Source of the DNA: Marsupella aquatica
Taxonomy: Eukaryota > Plantae > Marchantiophyta
Direction: 5' to 3'
DNA length: 64,000 bases
Assembly (NCBI GenBank): GCA_973895155.1
Contig: OZ316898.1
Coordinates: forward strand, 14,786,330 to 14,850,329
Position numbers and translations under genes: made by a program. Under the pieces are notes generated by a model that made no database searches, had not been told where the DNA came from, and worked only from the letters and a program-made list of their open reading frames with translations. Every line of letters begins with the position of its first letter. Position 1 is the first letter of the stretch. This document shows positions 48,027 through 60,863 of the stretch, piece by piece.

Positions 48027-51000
48027 TTGAATACTGAAACACTCGGGGTTGGTCGCATCAGTATAAGAATATCTGATATTGTTAAGGGAAATCAAAAATT
48101 GCCATACTCGCACCCTGGAGCTGATACAATAGAAGAGGCCTTGCATACCTGGGTTATCTGGGATGTTGCGCATGTTTCTAGAAAGGGCACTCTACGAGAT
48201 TTTGGCGTGTTTGGTAGTTCAAATATTTTCAATGATCTTCCATTAAAAGAATTTACACTACGTTCCAACTGGATGGCGGAGGAGGTTGATTTGTATGACG
48301 CTTCTCATTGTCGAAAGGTTGCAACAGGTGTTATCACGGTCCCATTTGAAACAGGTGCCGTTGACGATGAACTTCTTGTTGCAGATCATGTTGGTGTTGC
48401 TGTTGTGAATATCAATGAACCCGGATTATTTCCAAATATCCGTGTTGGTACCCCTGGCTTGGTGAGGTGAGAAATCAAATCCCTTCTATTGATTTCGTCT
48501 CAAAGGTTTCTTGGGGATATCCTTGAGGAAGTTTCAGAGAAGTGGATGGAGTCGGGTCGAACTAAGGGCGATCCGGATTCGGATGGTGATGGTAAACCTA
48601 CAAAAAGACCATACAATTTCATTAGGAGGACAAAAGTTGATCTTGAGGAGAGGAAGAAAAGGCATTTGGAGTCGAGTGCACTTTTGAAAATTAACGAGGA
48701 GTCCATTGATTCCATCCAAAGAGAAGGTTGTTGCAAGCTGAAGTGTTGCTTGAACATGCCTAGGGAGGACTTAGAGGCAATGAGGAGGGAATACCATGGA
48801 ATGTCAAGTGACAACAAAACAAGTCACATCTTTAGTCTCTTTGGGTGTAGAGAGGAGCAAGTCAAGAGAAAGGGATTTTTTGTTCTAAAGGGACGTGTGG
48901 TTTGTAAAGATGCATTTATTAAAATGCATGGGTTCAGTACAACAAAGTACTATGACTACAAAAATCAATACGAAGCTGGTTGCACAATTGGTTTCCATGG
49001 AAATCAGGGACAATGGAGGACACGATCAAGCACTTTGCACGCTCGCGCCTTGTTGGAGTCCATTTTAATCCAAAATGGGGAACCAATGCCACATCTTCCC
49101 TATGGTGGGTCCAACGGCACTGACACTATTGAATATCGGCTCCCATCTTGTTTTACTAAGAAGGAGATTTTCCAAGAGGTGTTTACCAAGATGGAATTAG
49201 ATGGGTTTGCTAAGGTTACTGAAGTTACTATGTACAACATCTGGAAAAACTCATTTGATAATTTTGACTTTCACAAGGGAAGTGCATTTGCCAAGTGCAC
49301 ATTTTGCATTGAGTTCAAAGATCAATTGATGCGGGAGAAGAGAAAAAAAGAGCGTGCAGAGATTGAAGAGAAAAGAGCGCGACATTCGTGAACAAATGTC
49401 AAGAAGATATGTTTACTATGCTCATAGGGTTCTTGCAAAGAAGGATCCTCAAAACTATCTTTGCATTATTCACGATAAGATGGATCAAGCCAAGACTTGG
49501 ATCCCCAGGTTGGTCCCCACTCCAAAATCCCTCTCTGGTAGTGGTCAGCCTTTGCCTATTGCTCTTACTGGGATGTTAACCCATGGAAGAGATCCTGGAG
49601 TGTATGCACATTTCAGTTTGACTGGACTTTGGCCTGGAGATGCAGACTTTACCGTGACATCTTTGGCCAAATGCCTCCGAGATTTGGAAGATTACACAGG
49701 AGACAAAACTGGAGACCTTCTTGAGGGATTGAATTGGAATGCAACTAGGCCAATATTTCAGTCCCTTCTAGACTTTGAAGCATTTCTGGCCAGTTACTTG
49801 GAACCCAAAAATGTTTCAATTGTTCGATTTCAAGGCATTGAAGATGGTCAGGAGACTAAAAAGTCAAGCACAGTGGATGTTGGTTCTAAGGATGATCCTG
49901 AGACTACTAGGGGCTCTTTCAAGCCCTTACCAAGGCACCTAACGTTGCAGATGGACAATTCAGGGAAAGATAACAAAAATCAATATGTGATGGCATTTTG
50001 CACTGAGCTTGTTAGCAGGGGGTGTTTGAAACTGTGCAAATGTCATTCCTCATGGTTGGCCACACCCATGAAGATGTGGATGCATTATTTTCTCAAGTAT
50101 CCAAACAGGTCAGATACAAAGAGGTTGCTACCCTCTTGGGGTTGATGGCTGAGGTTTGGGAGTGTGAAAGCATTCATCCTGTACCACGATTGATTCAAGA
50201 GGTTGCATCTTACAAGGAGTATTTGAAAACTTTCCAGGTGAAAGAGATAGAAGGTCACTCAAAACCAGTGGCATTTCTTTTCTCCATGAGGGATAATGTG
50301 CCAGTGTATCAATATAAAGCACATGTCAAGCAACCTTGGCTTCCGACAATGGGGAGGTCCATTTGGAGAACTGATCCCATCACAAATGCGCTCATTTTAC
50401 CGGAAGGCCAACCATTTGCAAAACCTATATCTGGGGATGTACAAAAGAAGGCTGGAGAAATCATCCCATTCCTTAATCGCTATATTGATTTCTTGAAGAA
50501 AAGTTGTAAGGATGAGACCTCTGCAGCATATAAAGAGAGATTTCCTCTGGTCAAATATTGGGAGAATCTTGTGCAAGCACTGTCCGAGGAACTTACAATA
50601 GAAGGGGAAGGGGAAAGACATTTGCCATTGACAACTGATTTTTGGCCAAAGACTAACCATGGCACAGGTTACAAGATGATTTTGGGGACATCTCAGCCGT
50701 CAAGTGAACCTTCTCAAAATCCAGAGATGATGGACCTTCAAAATGAGTACATGGAAGAGATGGAAGATCAAGCTGCACCCTTTGTTGGTGCACGACAAGA
50801 GCGAGAACCTGCACGTTGGATTCCTCTACAAGATATTCAAGAAGGTCACTTTGTATTTTTACGTCCAGAGGATGAATGGGAACAGGAAAATGGCAAAGGG
50901 CGTTTCTAGTTGGTTCAAGCTTTGGGTGGTGTGGATCCAAACCATGAGGTTCCCTCAACAGATTTGCAACATATTGAAGGGTCTTCTTCAACGTCTGTTG

Positions 51001-51296
51001 AGAGCATTCCTCTTAGGAATGCTCCTATGTTCCAAGTACAATGGTGGAGGCCTAAACATGGTAAGCATGATGCAAAGGATGATGTTCGATATGAACGTTG
51101 CTTTCAAACCACTAAGACTTGGGAGCTGGATCCTGGGTTTGACAATGTTACTCAAAGTTGGCAGTTTGCAAATTCTGCAATGTATGGGTTTAAGTCAGGT
51201 GCTAAAGAACAAAATATTATGGATAGAGGTTTGACAATTCCTAAGAATGTTTTGAAAACTCTCAAAATTTACATGGAAGGTATAATTGATGAGTAG
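48027..51296 (+). pseudogene. Sola1/DUF7869-like DDD transposase of MIDDLE, decayed
   Basis: GCCKLKCC, FAKCTFC, IIHDKMDQAKTWIP, LQMDNSGKDNKN and FLMVGHTHEDVDALFS motifs. Probable TGG>stop at 48468 and 50907; frameshifts at ~49385 and ~50020. Confidence 0.87.
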
Positions 51297-51888
51297 ATTG
51301 ATAGAACTCGTAGGTTACAAGTCTCCACTCAAATGACTTGTGATTAAGAGGGTCGAGTTGATTTCCATGCGTTTGTCTAAAGTGAGAAAACAAGACAATC
51401 AAATTAATACTCTATGATCTCTCAAAGCTATTGAATGGACTTTCTTATAATTATTATTTTATTTGTCTTAGTATATTTTAATTCTAGAAAATGATGCCAT
51501 TTCATTCTTTCTAGTAGGTTGGATATCATCCTAGTTAACTTTGTCTAGACACTATAGTCATTCCATTGTATTGGTGCTTAGTTAGATATCTTACTCAAGC
51601 TAAATGTTTGGAATATAGATGCTATCCAAGCTTATATGTTATTACTAGATTCTATCTATTTTCCAACCAAATGAACACTTTTATCACCCATTTTTTTTTT
51701 AATATTATCCAATTTAATATTTTACTTTCCCAAAATTTCATTTTTTTGTCCCCAAATTTACATTTAATGATGCTTGAATTTTCATTTTTCATCTTCCAAA
51801 TTTATAATTTTCATGCCTAAAACTATGTTTTTAAATCGCCAAATTTCCCTATATCCTTTATAATTTCAGTTTTAATGAATATAGTGAT

Positions 51889-52361
51889 GCAATCGATTGT
51901 CCATCGGTGATCTGTTGCTGCCTATTAGGTCAATTGCAAGATTGAGGGGGGCAAAAGGACGCAAAAAGGATTAGCTCAAAAAGGAGAGAAAAATGACTCA
52001 AAGATCATAAAGATTTAGTTGAACACCACTTCCATAAAAGTGGGACACACTTCCAAAATTGTTGTGCACACTTCCAAGAAGATTGGGACTTCCTAAAAGC
52101 CTAGACACACTTCCAAAGACTTGGCATGCAAGATCTCACCATCCAATCTCAACAAACTAATCCTAGCCATTTGGTGTAACACCTTGTCCACCCCTTGTAA
52201 ATTAGAAAGGACTGGAATCCTTTTGGTGGAGAAATTGGATATCCTTTTTGCCCCCCTCAAGCTTGCAATTGACCATTACAATAGGACTTGCGTCTGCTAA
52301 GGTTTCGCCTTTCTGATCTCTCTCTTGCTAGGGCATCGTGGACTTCAGCAAGACTGGCCAT
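51889..52361 (-). pseudogene. 5' coding end of the OUTER transposase, split by the MITE
   Basis: After removing the MITE and MIDDLE (one TSD each) the frame reads MASLAEVHDALARERSERRNLSRRKSYCNRQQQITDGQSIAHGGNSNDVARQGLLED..., continuous with ORF 21456-21923. Confidence 0.8.
51928..52274. mobile_element. 347-bp MITE related to the OUTER family
   Basis: ~32-bp TIR GGTCAATTGCAAG(A/C)TTGAGGGGGGCAAAA and TSD ATTA (51924-51927 / 52275-52278). The right end resembles OUTER's right end (tccttttggtggaga..atccttttt..cccctcaa). Confidence 0.88.
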
Positions 52362-53200
52362 CCGATGTCAGGCACCGCATCAAGTACTAGACAAAACTTG
52401 GGAGGTATTGAGCGGGATGCAGAGCATCTGAGCATTCAGATTCTACCTGATACTAGGCCAATACTTCTAAACTTGCCTACCCATTTGATCCTGCGAGCAC
52501 CATGGCAAAGCTCAACAATCGCCCGAGGTCCACCAACGCTTCAATCACAGTGCTCCTCCTATGGGCAATCTCCGAGATGCATTGCTGTAAATCAAACTTC
52601 CATGATGAATCATCAACTCCCGATCCAAAGCTTCAACTATCCAACTATGCCCCATCCCCAACAACTCAGCTCTCACATTGCGTGTGTATGGCACAAGCTC
52701 CTTCGATGAGTAATCGACCACCATAGCCATCCCTAACCCCTAAGCCCTTCGCTGTTGGTGCGTGCCCGTCCCAAGACAATTCAAGCCACTTGTGCTTAGA
52801 ACAAAATCCGCGATCAATTTCAAACATCGACTATGAGTCCTTGCCCACTTTAGTCCTTGTTGTCAAAAGCATCGACTATGAGTCCTTGTATTCAAACACA
52901 CTGCGAGCCGCAACTTGCTCTATTCAATGTCACAGGATCCAAGGAGAACATTTATACGTCGTCCTTGCTAAAGTCCAAGATAGGAATTACGCATCTAGAC
53001 TGTACTTCAACCGGTCCAAATGAATACTTAATGCATTTTTGATTGATATTCAAATCCAGCCTTTGATTTGGTCCTTCTACATCTTGGCCCTTGAGTGTAA
53101 CACCCCCCAATTTATTGCAAAAATCATGAGGACTCACTCCTTTTGGTGGAGACTTTGGAGATCCTTTTTATGTACCCCTCAATCATGCTTTCCACCAGAA

Positions 53201-53323
53201 GGAGAGTTAGCAACGTCCCATGCCGCTAACCCGCGGAAACGGCCTCGCCGAGGACGAAACCTGAGGGAATCGGCTTGAGCAAGGGGGTTTTCTTGGGTTT
53301 GGGGAGCCATGGGACACACCACA
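53201..53323 (+). repeat. 3' end of the split Gypsy LTR (ends CACCACA)
   Basis: Reverse complement of ~4102-4224 with about 4 mismatches. Confidence 0.88.
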
Positions 53324-53754
53324 CCTTCTCTCATCATCACTGTCTTCCTCCGGTAGATTCTCAGCAGGAGTCCATTCATGACTTGGAGGTGAGGGATTAG
53401 CAACTTCAACTTCCGTAGATGTTGCAACAACAACCACAGGTACCTCAACAACTAGAGATACTGCAACAACTAGCGGCCTTGCCTCCTCCTTTGTGGTGGT
53501 CAGCCTTCGCTTGGGAACGTCCACTACGGGTTCTTCCCGTTTGGTGACCAGAGGGGTATCAACTGCTTCCGTTGTGAGAAAGTTGACGCTAGCTTCTTTG
53601 AGCTCAGGAGGTGGCGGTCCCTTCTTCTCCGGTCCTCCAACTTGTTGAGCTTTGAACGCTTCCAGTGTTGGGCAGTGTGGTCCAAGGTGACCCTCCCCCT
53701 TGCACAACTGACACAATCGGGCAAAATCTCCGTTGCCTTGACGGGTGGGCTCTA

Positions 53755-56700
53755 TGTTGAGCATAGACGACATTCGTAACGGCAAGCCCATGAAACATCC
53801 AACGCACAATAGTCGACACAAAGAGATACGTGGTTCACCTCCACATGAGGCTACGTTCACGGGAACACACAAGAGCTTTACTACACTCTAGGCCGACCGG
53901 CCATACCAAGCATCCACAGCACAAGCTCTTCCTATCTCTCAACTAGCTTCGTAACAATGAGCCTAAGTTCCACCAGGGTCTGGCATCAGCCCTGGCTATA
54001 TGCACACCAGCACTACCGCTAACATTAGCTAAGTCCTAACCCGAGTTAGACTAACTGTGGTTAGCTCATGAGTCACAAGACTAGAGCAATATCTAACAAA
54101 CTCCTCCTTGACTCTTGTCTTGGGGACTGGACTAAATGCTACCATATGGAATCCTCAACGGGAAGTTCTAGACAATCACCAAACCAGGTCTCCTCCTAAA
54201 AACCACAAGGGTTAACTAAGGGTTAACTAGAACTAAGCCATAGCCTAATAGGAATGAGTAATCCATATACAAATAGTCATACATTGCTAAATAACTCTAC
54301 TTGCACTACAACTGCAAAACCTGCAAAGTAGCACGGTGTCTTGAGAAACTCTCCAAAGAAATCACTTTGGTAAAGGCATTAGCAGGATTGATCTTTCCAT
54401 CAATCTTGACTAGCTCAAAAGTTTTATCAGACACTGCTTGCCTGATAAAATGGTACCTGATATCAATGTGCTTCACCCTGCTATCCATCACCTAGTTAGC
54501 AGCCAAGTGAAAAGCACTCTAACTATCACAGTTTAGAGTCATTTTGCCATGCTCTAAACCCATCTCCGTGATCAACTTATCCAACCAAATTGCTTCCTTT
54601 GTTGCTTCTGCTGCTGCAACATACTCTACTTCTGTAGTAGACTGAGATATGCACTTCTGCAAGGTAGATTTCCAACTGATACATCCTCCTCCAAGAGTGT
54701 ATACAAACCCAGTTGTAGACCTCCTTGTATCCAGACAGCCTCCATAGTCAGAATCTACAGAGCCAACTAACGTTCTATCTGATCTGGCATCAAATAGTAA
54801 TCCATAGTCCTGTGTTCCCTTCACATACCTGAGAATCCATTTCACAGCTTCCCAGTGTACCTTTCTTGGATTTGACATGAATCTGCTAACCTTGCCCATT
54901 GCTAGGGCCAAGTCAGGCCTAGTACAAGTCATCAAATACATCAGACTGCCTACTGCCTTCTCATAAGGAATCTTAGCCATCAGACCTTTCTCCACAGCAT
55001 CCGTAGGAGAGAAAGCCGATGATAACTTGAAATGTGAAGCTAAAGGAATACTCATTGGCTTACAGTTTTCCATGTTGAATCGTGCAAGTACTTTCCTTGC
55101 ATATTGGCCTTGACTCAAACACAACTGTCCAGTCTCAGAGTTCCTAAAAATCTCCATACCTAAGATCCTCTTGGCCTTACCAAGATCCTTCATCCTGAAT
55201 TCAGCACTCAATTTCGCCTTGAGACTGTCAACCTCAGATTGATCTTTAGCCACAATCAGCATGTCATCCACATAGATCACCAGAATGATGAAACCAAATA
55301 CATCATTCTTGACTGATTTCGTATACACACAAGGATCATACACCATCCTTGTAAAACCTTGAGCAAGCATGAAATCATCAAACCGCTTGTTTCACTGTCT
55401 GGGAGACTGCTTCAATCCATACAAGGACTTGAGCAATCTGCAAACTAAGTTCTCTTGGCCCTTCTTCATAAAGCCTAGTGGCTGTCTCATGAAGATCAAC
55501 TCTTCCAAGTTGCCATAGAGAAAAGCAGTAACAACATCCATCTGATCCATCACCAGATTAAAAAACACAACAAGCTGACACAAGATCCGTATTGTGGAAT
55601 ACTTAGCCACCGGTGAAAAGACCTCATTGTAATCCACTCCTTTCTCCTGAGTGAATCCCTTGGCAACAAGCCGTGCCTTGTAGATCTTATCTCCACCCTC
55701 TGAAGGACTGTCCTTCAACTTGTAAATCCACTTACTGTCCACCACTTGCTGACCTCTTGGAAGCTCCACTAGCTCCCATGTCTTGTTGTCACTCAAAGAT
55801 TGCAACTCCCTCTGCATTGCTGCATTCCACTCATGCTTATGCTCTGAAGCACAAGCCTCATTGTACGAAGAAGGCTCTCCTTCTTCCAAGATCAAAGCCA
55901 TGTCATCATCATCAGGTGCAATGTCAATATCATTTAGCTTAGATGAGTCTGCCCATTGACCATACCTGGTAGGAGCTCTAGTAGAACGACTGGAAGTTCT
56001 TCTAGTAGATGACTCAGGCTGATCTGTTGCTGCTGCTGGTTGAATTTGAGGTACCCCAACAACAATCTGCTCCTCTTGTTCCATCACAGGAACCAACTCC
56101 AAGCCTGGAGCTTCTCCATCTCTCCTGTCATGAACTGCATCATGACTAATCTCCCCCTCAACCCGGTCCGGGATGGGAGATTTCCCCTTGTCAGTATGGG
56201 AGTCCTGAGAACTCTCCCCCTCCTTTGATGATCTGGATTCATTAAATGACACATCTCGACTGACAATTAGCTTACAGGTTACTGGATCCCATAACCTATA
56301 ACCCTTCACACCTTTCTGATAGCCAAGGAAAATGCACTTCTTTGACTTGGACTCCAGCTTGGATTGCAGCTAGGAAGGTGTAAGGACATGAGCATCACAT
56401 CCAAAAATCCTCAGATGTGAGTAATCTGTTGGACGCCCGTACCTCATTTCAAATGGCGTCTTGAATCCAATAGAACTGGATGGAGAAAAATTTACCAAAT
56501 AAGCTGTAGTGTTGACAACTTCAGCCCAAAACTCATGTGGTAAGCATGATTGACTCAACATACTCCTTGGGCGGTCCAATAGTGTTCGGTTGAGTCTCTC
56601 AAAAACACCATTTTGTTGAGGAGTATAACTTGTTGTGAGATGGCGGGTAATCCCCTGCTCCTTACAATACGTTCCAAATTCCATGGAACTGTATTCACCT

Positions 56701-59211
56701 CCGTTATCCGATCGAAGATATCTCACCTTATTACCAGTGTGATTCTCAACTTGGGCTTTTCACTCCTTAAAAGTGGCAAAAACATCAGACTTATTGTGTA
56801 GAAAGTATATCCACACATACTTTGAGTAATCGTCAATGAACGTGATATAGTATAACCGTCCAAAATATGAGGGAGTAGGGGCAGGACCCCACACATCACT
56901 ATGTACATACTCAAGTACCTCCTTGCTGGTATGAGTTCCAACTCCAAAGGGTTTCCTGTGCTTCTTTCCTAGCACACAGTGCTCACAAAATTCCAACTTA
57001 CAAGATTGCAAATTAGAAAGTAATCCTTTCTTCTGAAGAATAACCAAACCTTTTTTACTCATGTGGCCCAAACGGAAGTGCCACAGCCGGGCCGTCTCCT
57101 CATGAGACAAGGTTACATTGGCTTCATCACAAACTACACTGCCCTCCAAAATGTATAGATTGCTTGTCTCTTTCCCTTCAATACAACTTTAGTACCAGTT
57201 GAAACCTGAAGGACACCATTAGCAGAACTCCACTGATGGCCATTTGCTTCTAAAACTCCAAGTGAAATGAGATTTTTCATCATGCTGGGAATATGTCTCA
57301 CATTCCTCAACGTTCTCACAGCACCATCAAACATCTGAAATCTTACAGATCCAAGTCTAACAACTTGACATGGGATTCCATTTCCCATCAACACTAACCC
57401 ATTGGAAACCGTGCAAGAACTGAAACAATCTCTCCTAGAGCAAATGTGAAAAGTACATCCACTATCAAGAATCCAGTCATTACTACCTGGATTTGATACT
57501 ACGTTGAGAGCATAACCTTGACATCACAATATGTCATCATCATCGAGTAAATCTACCTCATGTGAGCTCGATACCGCGTTAGCAGAGGCAGTAGGGACCT
57601 TTACTCGACAATCCCTTTTCATGTGGCCAGGCTTGCCACAATTCCAACATGCAAGAGGCTTCCTCTCTTGCGATTTCCCTCTGGATTTAGATCTCCCCCG
57701 TGATGTAGATCTAAACCGGTTCTGCCCATTCGTGCGCTGCGCTGCTCTTCCCCTGTTCACATTGAGCGCAGTGCCAAAAGAAGATGCTGTCTGTGATTGA
57801 CCCAGCTTCTTTTGAGCATCATCAGACAGTAAAGAGCTCACCACCTCATTATATGAAATGGACTTCAGATCTCTATACAAGAGCATCTGTTTCAAGCCCT
57901 GATATGATGACGGTAAGGAGCTTAGCAGAAGCAAGGTCTTATCCTCATCTTCAACTCCTTTTCCCAGGTTTGACAGATCCACTGCTAGACTGTCAAACTC
58001 ATCTAGGTGATCCTGCATTTTGCTCCCTTCCTTGAGCCTGAGGCTCATCAAGAGAGACTTCTTGTACAGCCGGTCTGACGCATCTTCCCGGCAGTACGAG
58101 TTGTGTGTATACACCTCGTATACACACACAGGGACCAAACCCCCTTTAAACGCCAAAAATGACCCCCCCAAGCAAAAATCAGTCACACACCTTAATTGCC
58201 GCTGATTTAAATGAGAAAAGTGAATATCACCGACGGGAAATGTTTCCGAATTGCACCGGCACAGTCTGCAGCTCCAGCAGAGTAAATTATTTCCGCCGCG
58301 TCGCCTTCACTCCGCATCAAGTGCCAATCCCGGGCTCAAAATGACTGCCTCGCCATGATCAAACCGTTGAGTCGTGGCACTTCGCGTCTCTTCCAACAAG
58401 TCGGACGTCACGAAGGGAAACCCGATTCAGATGAGAATAAGCTCCATAGCTTGTGAGAAAACCTGAACGCCTCCTTCACTCGTCACGACGCTCTCGGTAA
58501 CAACTCAGCAGCAATCCAACTACCAAAATGACCAGCTCGCTTCAACCTTTAAGATGAGCTATAATGTGCGATCCCTCCCGCACCGCACAGCTCACACCGT
58601 TGAAAAATGCGAACTCTGGTCTCTCCCCCGAAATACCGTCGAACACTAATAAACCCTGAACGACGCAAACTTTGATTTCTCCGCACCACGGATACCGATC
58701 AGCGAGTTCTAACCATTGTTAGAAAGCCCTCTCACTAACCTATCCGCACAGCCACACACATTCAAGTTTCATGCGACAAAACTCCGAATGTGCCACCAAC
58801 AATGAACGCTGGAAAAAACCTATCACAAAAAAACCTCGTCACCTCCCAAGCATGCTTTGATACCACTTGTTGAGCATAGACGACATTCGTAACGGCAAGC
58901 CCATGAAACATCCAACGCACAATAGTCGACACAGAGAGATACGTGGTTCACCTCCACATGAGGCTACGTCCACGAGAACACACAAGAGATTTACTGCACT
59001 CTAGGCCGACTGGCCATACCAAGCATCCACAGCACAAGCTCTTCCTATCTCTCAACTAGCTCCATAACAATGAGCCTAAGTTCCACCAGGGTCTAGCATC
59101 AGCCCTGGCTATATGCACACCAGCACTACCGCTAACATTAGCTAAGTCCTAACCCGAGTTAGACTAACTGTGGTTAGCTCATGAGTCACAAGACTAGAGC
59201 AATATCTAACA
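53755..59211 (-). mobile_element. Ty1/Copia LTR retrotransposon (TNT1/Tork-like), decayed
   Basis: 344-bp LTRs at 53755-54098 and 58868-59211 (~9 mismatches), TSD CTCTA/CTCTG, PBS TGGTATCAAAGC (tRNA-iMet) and PPT AAGGAGGAG. gag, IN (HSDVWGP, SDNGGEY) and RT (YVDD) fragments carry many stops and frameshifts. Confidence 0.93.
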
Positions 59212-59417
59212 CTCTGGGCACACATTAGCGTAATGGCCCGCCAATCTACAATTGTAACAAATAGGGATCTTCCTCACTCCAGGATACGGTGGTCGATTTC
59301 CTGGGTTAGCATTGGGATAGTTGGAGTATGCGGGTGCTCCAGCGTTCGTTGAAACTCCATGAATGCTCCGTGGTCCTGGGTTGAGAGGTTTACACTATAC
59401 ACGTTGTCGGGGGAATC

Positions 59418-60863
59418 TTTAGTTCTTGGGAAGCACCGAGCTCTTGTTTTTCCTATCTTGGAAGAAACCTTTCCAAAATACGTCTTTTCTCACCTCACAT
59501 TACCCTTGCGATCCCCTTTGTCGATCAATTTCTCTCACCGTTATCCTCTAAAATATCTCTCACAGCCTTTGTCCCACTCTACGATGAGCGGCTTCCTCAC
59601 ACTAAGCCTCGAATCGGCCTATCCTCTTTCCATATAACTTACTTCCCAAGTCAAGTCATAGATTGCAATTTCCAACGAATCCTACAATTAGATAAGTCAA
59701 TTATAGAAAATAAAGACTATGATCTTAAGATTTACCATAGATGATATAATCACAGGCTCTGGCATCCTAAGCATAACATTGTATCTTTCATCTCCATACT
59801 TTCTAACTAAAATATCTCTACAATCAACCTTCTTACGGCATACCACTCTAATGTCAATAGATGAAGGAAAATCAGACACATTATTAGGAAGCCTATTCAA
59901 ATCTAACTCCGGTACATTTACGGATTGTCTATTAAAATCCATCTAATATAAAATAAAAATAGTTACATTCCATTCATTTCCATAAACAACAATCGGGTAT
60001 ACAAATGGTGCATCGCTATTCATAACTGTTTTCATTAACTCAAACCCAAAATGATAAAGAAGATGCATTCTCATGGTATGCTTACTAAGACAATGAATTC
60101 TAATTAAGAAAGGATTGACAAATGGCACAGCAGGTGGGGGATAAACTCTAGGTACTCTATTTATCATATTATTCATTACAAGCACACTAAATTGATCTCA
60201 AGACTAATAAACATAAAACATAAAATAGTTCTAAGGCTAACAATCAAGTTAGTACCCAAACATGGAGATAAATAATAAACAAGACATGTGCACAAGAGGG
60301 GAAGAGTTCCTTACAGTGTTGCGAGTCCAACATGATAGATCAAACAAATGCGAATGAGGAGAGTGTGCTCCTCTTCACTTTATTTATAGTGCCCCTTTGT
60401 GTTTTCCAAGAGGGCATGGATCGATGCCTTGACCCTTGGATGGAAGCCAAGTGGCAAGCATCAAGCACCTATAAGTGTGCTAGTACTATTCATAGTTGGT
60501 GGAACTACCGTGCGTAGTTGGTGGAATCATTACGCGTAATTGGTGGAACTACTATACGTAATTGGTACAACTACTATGCGTAGTTGGTGAAACTACTATA
60601 CGTAATTGGTGTAACTACTATGAGTAGTTGGTGAAACTACTATGCGTAATTGGTGCAACTACTATGCGTAGTTGGTGGAATTACTATGCATCTAGTTTAT
60701 AAAACTACTATGCGTAAATGGTGGAACTACTGTGTACCATTGTAAAATGTACATACTACATATAGAATGTAACATATATGCTCTAATAGTACTATGGAGC
60801 TTTTAAGTAAAACTCTCTTCACATAAACTCAAATAACATAATATGGATTCTTGCTTTCTAAAA
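59418..60863. mobile_element. ~1.45-kb non-autonomous insertion in gag
   Basis: Flanked by direct GGAATCT (59411-59417 / 60864-60870). Contains AT-rich minus-strand ORF remnants and a 22-bp tandem array. Confidence 0.6.
60490..60732. repeat. 22-bp tandem repeat (TTGGTGGAACTACTATGCGTAG) x~11
   Basis: Directly visible in the sequence. Confidence 0.9.

Larger units (their letters stand above)
21950..51888 (+). mobile_element. MIDDLE Sola1-like DNA transposon (29.9 kb with inserts, ~12.4 kb native)
   Basis: Perfect 22-bp TIR ATCACTATATTCATTAAAACTG (21950-21971 / 51867-51888) and TSD GCAA (21946-21949 / 51889-51892). Excision restores the OUTER transposase frame. Confidence 0.92.
11437..53196 (-). 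mobile_element. OUTER Sola2-like DNA transposon (41.8 kb with nested inserts, ~11.5 kb native)
   Basis: Perfect 25-bp TIR GGTGGAAAGCATGATTGAGGGGTAC (11437-11461 / 53172-53196) and TSD AGAA (11433-11436 / 53197-53200). The empty site is present in the LTR copy at ~4224. Confidence 0.93.

Noticed and set aside
21952-51886. CACTA/EnSpm element (CACTA...TAGTG ends, apparent 2-bp AT TSD)
   Set aside because: The inverted match extends to ATCACTA...TAGTGAT with a clean 4-bp GCAA TSD, paralleling INNER (AACAC...GTGTT). The transposase is Sola1/DUF7869-like, not TnpD.
53096-53323. Short solo LTR (TGTAACACCCC...CACCACA)
   Set aside because: No TSD. The segment is a composite of OUTER's right end (to 53196) and the split Gypsy LTR.
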